Shown here in pieces: positions 62,604 to 64,000 of a stretch of 64,000 nucleotides of DNA (its first letter is position 1; each line of letters opens with the position of its first letter). A program made the position numbers and the translations under genes. This DNA comes from Alphaproteobacteria bacterium (GTDB lineage: Bacteria; Pseudomonadota; Alphaproteobacteria; UBA828). The notes beneath the pieces are model-generated. The model saw only the letters and a program-made list of their open reading frames with translations. It was not told where the DNA came from and searched no databases. The stretch covers positions 224,001-288,000 of the forward strand of contig CAXXVO010000006.1 in NCBI GenBank assembly GCA_963422645.2, read 5' to 3'.

Positions 62604-62679
62604 GGTTCTCCCGCACCCCCCGCTGCGAACGGCCGGAGACTCGGGCCATCGGCAGCGACTGTCAATGGCGGGCGGGTGC

Positions 62680-63406
62680 TCAGCCGAGCGGCCTCTCGGG
62701 CAATATCTGGCCGCCGTCGAGCACGATGTCGTGGCCGGTGACGAAGCGGGCCTGATCGGACGCGAGATAGAGGAGCGCGTAGGCCACGTCCTCCGGGTCG
62801 CCCAGGTGGCCTGTGGGGATCACCCGGCTGAATTCTTTCACCGCCTCGTCGCCGCGGGCCTGGGCGATGCCCTCGGTCAGGATCGAGCCGGGGGAGACCG
62901 TGTTGGCGGTAATGCCAAAGGGCGCGAGCTCCAGCGCGGCGCCGCGGACGAAGGCGTTCACGCCGCCCTTGGACGCCATGTAGCAGCTCACGTCCGGCAG
63001 GCCTACGCGGGGGCCGGTGATCGAGGAGACGACGAGAAGGCGGCCTGCGCGCTGGCTCTTCATCTGCGGCAGGCACGCCTGGACCGCGAAGAACACGCCC
63101 TTGAGGTTGGTGTCCATCACGTCGTCCCACATCGCCTCGCTCATGTCGGCGATCAGCGCGTTTGGGTAGATGCCGGCGTTGAGGCAGAGGATGTCGATGC
63201 GGCCGTAGCGCTCGATGCAGACCTGGGCCATGCGCTCCATGTCCGCCTTCCTGCGCACGTCGGCCTGGAGGAAGGACGCGTCGAGGCCCTCAGCCAGGAT
63301 GCCGTCGGTGGCGGCCTGGCCCGCCTCAGGGCTGCGATTCACCACGAGGACGCGCGCGCCCTCGCGAGCGAAGACCTCGGCCACCGCCTTGCCGATGCCG
63401 CGGCCG
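62680..63406 (-). pseudogene. SDR (FabG-like) missing its first ~10-13 residues
   Basis: Begins at GRGIG in the middle of TGxxxGIG; NAGI, SSITG and YMASK follow. Confidence 0.8.
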
Positions 63407-64000
63407 GGCGACATCCTCTACTTCCGCGCCAACGCCAGGCCCGGCGCATCCCGCGGACGCTCCGACCTGCTCGCCGCCATCGACTGGCTCGACGGATACG
63501 AGCGACACCTCTTCGGAGAGATCGACCGCGCCCACTTCCTCCGCGCCTTCGTCTGGGACGTCACCATGACCGGCGCCAGTCAGGAAGAGGTCGAGGAGCG
63601 CGCCGCAAGGGCCACGGCGCCCACGCCCGGAACCGTCCGCGTCCACAACGAGAGCGAGACATGGCAGGCGCTCGCCCCGGACCTCGGCGGCCGCGACCTC
63701 GACGCAACATCCCGCCTCTTCCGCAACCACCTGCTCGGCGGCGCCGGCATGCCCGAGCACTGGTTCGGCGGCGGCGGCGACGTCAACCGCGCAACCGCCG
63801 CAGAGATGGGCGATCCCGCCTTCAAGACCCTCAAGATGCGCCAGAGGCTGTGGACCGAGATCCTGCGCCGGGCCGCAGACTACGCCATCGCCCGCAGGCT
63901 CGACCCCTCCGGCGCATCATGGCCCGATCCCGCAGACCCCGCCCTCGCCGTCTCCGTCGAATGGCCCGAGATGGTGGTCGCCGACGCCTCCCGACACGCC
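63407..64000 (+). pseudogene. Internal fragment of a probable phage portal protein (absent from the ORF track)
   Basis: 198 open codons: RGRSDLLAAIDWLDGY, FLRAFVWDVT, VRVHNESE, GMPEHWFGGGGDVNRATA; no start codon; runs off the window. Confidence 0.6.

Overview
High-GC alphaproteobacterial (Rhodospirillales-like) chromosome segment in heavy IS-driven decay. Bases 1-11.5 kb are a nested IS pile-up: IS1182, IS1380, an IS1595-type MITE, a large ISNCY-type element, IS21 pieces, IS3 and an IS66 end, plus fused gene remnants. Bases 11.5-34.2 kb are an intact core: 2 HpcH aldolases, 2 tandem sugar SBPs, an OMP, ribF-ileS-lspA-DUF3035-pgi-mutL, a LIV-type ABC transporter, PhyH, HAD, YeeE and TVP38. Bases 34.2-41 kb are a second IS pile-up (IS66 remnant, IS21 split by IS1634, complete IS21). 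Bases 41-45.3 kb are an ICE/plasmid leading-region remnant (strawberry-notch, RelE/HigA, SLOG, small ORFs, ssb). Bases 45.4-58 kb form a defence island. It holds a tyrosine integrase, a PaeR7I/XhoI-like RM pair, a type I-G csb2 pseudogene not recovered as one ORF, and a crippled type II-C CRISPR-Cas9 locus. That locus has a 5'-truncated cas9, a frameshifted cas1, no visible tracrRNA, a MITE inside a repeat, and an IS66 that carries a DNA adenine methyltransferase instead of tnpA/tnpB inserted in a spacer. The window ends with ArsR-ArsP, an SDR/esterase/LLM cluster and a phage portal fragment. All family assignments come from motif recognition by eye, not database searches.
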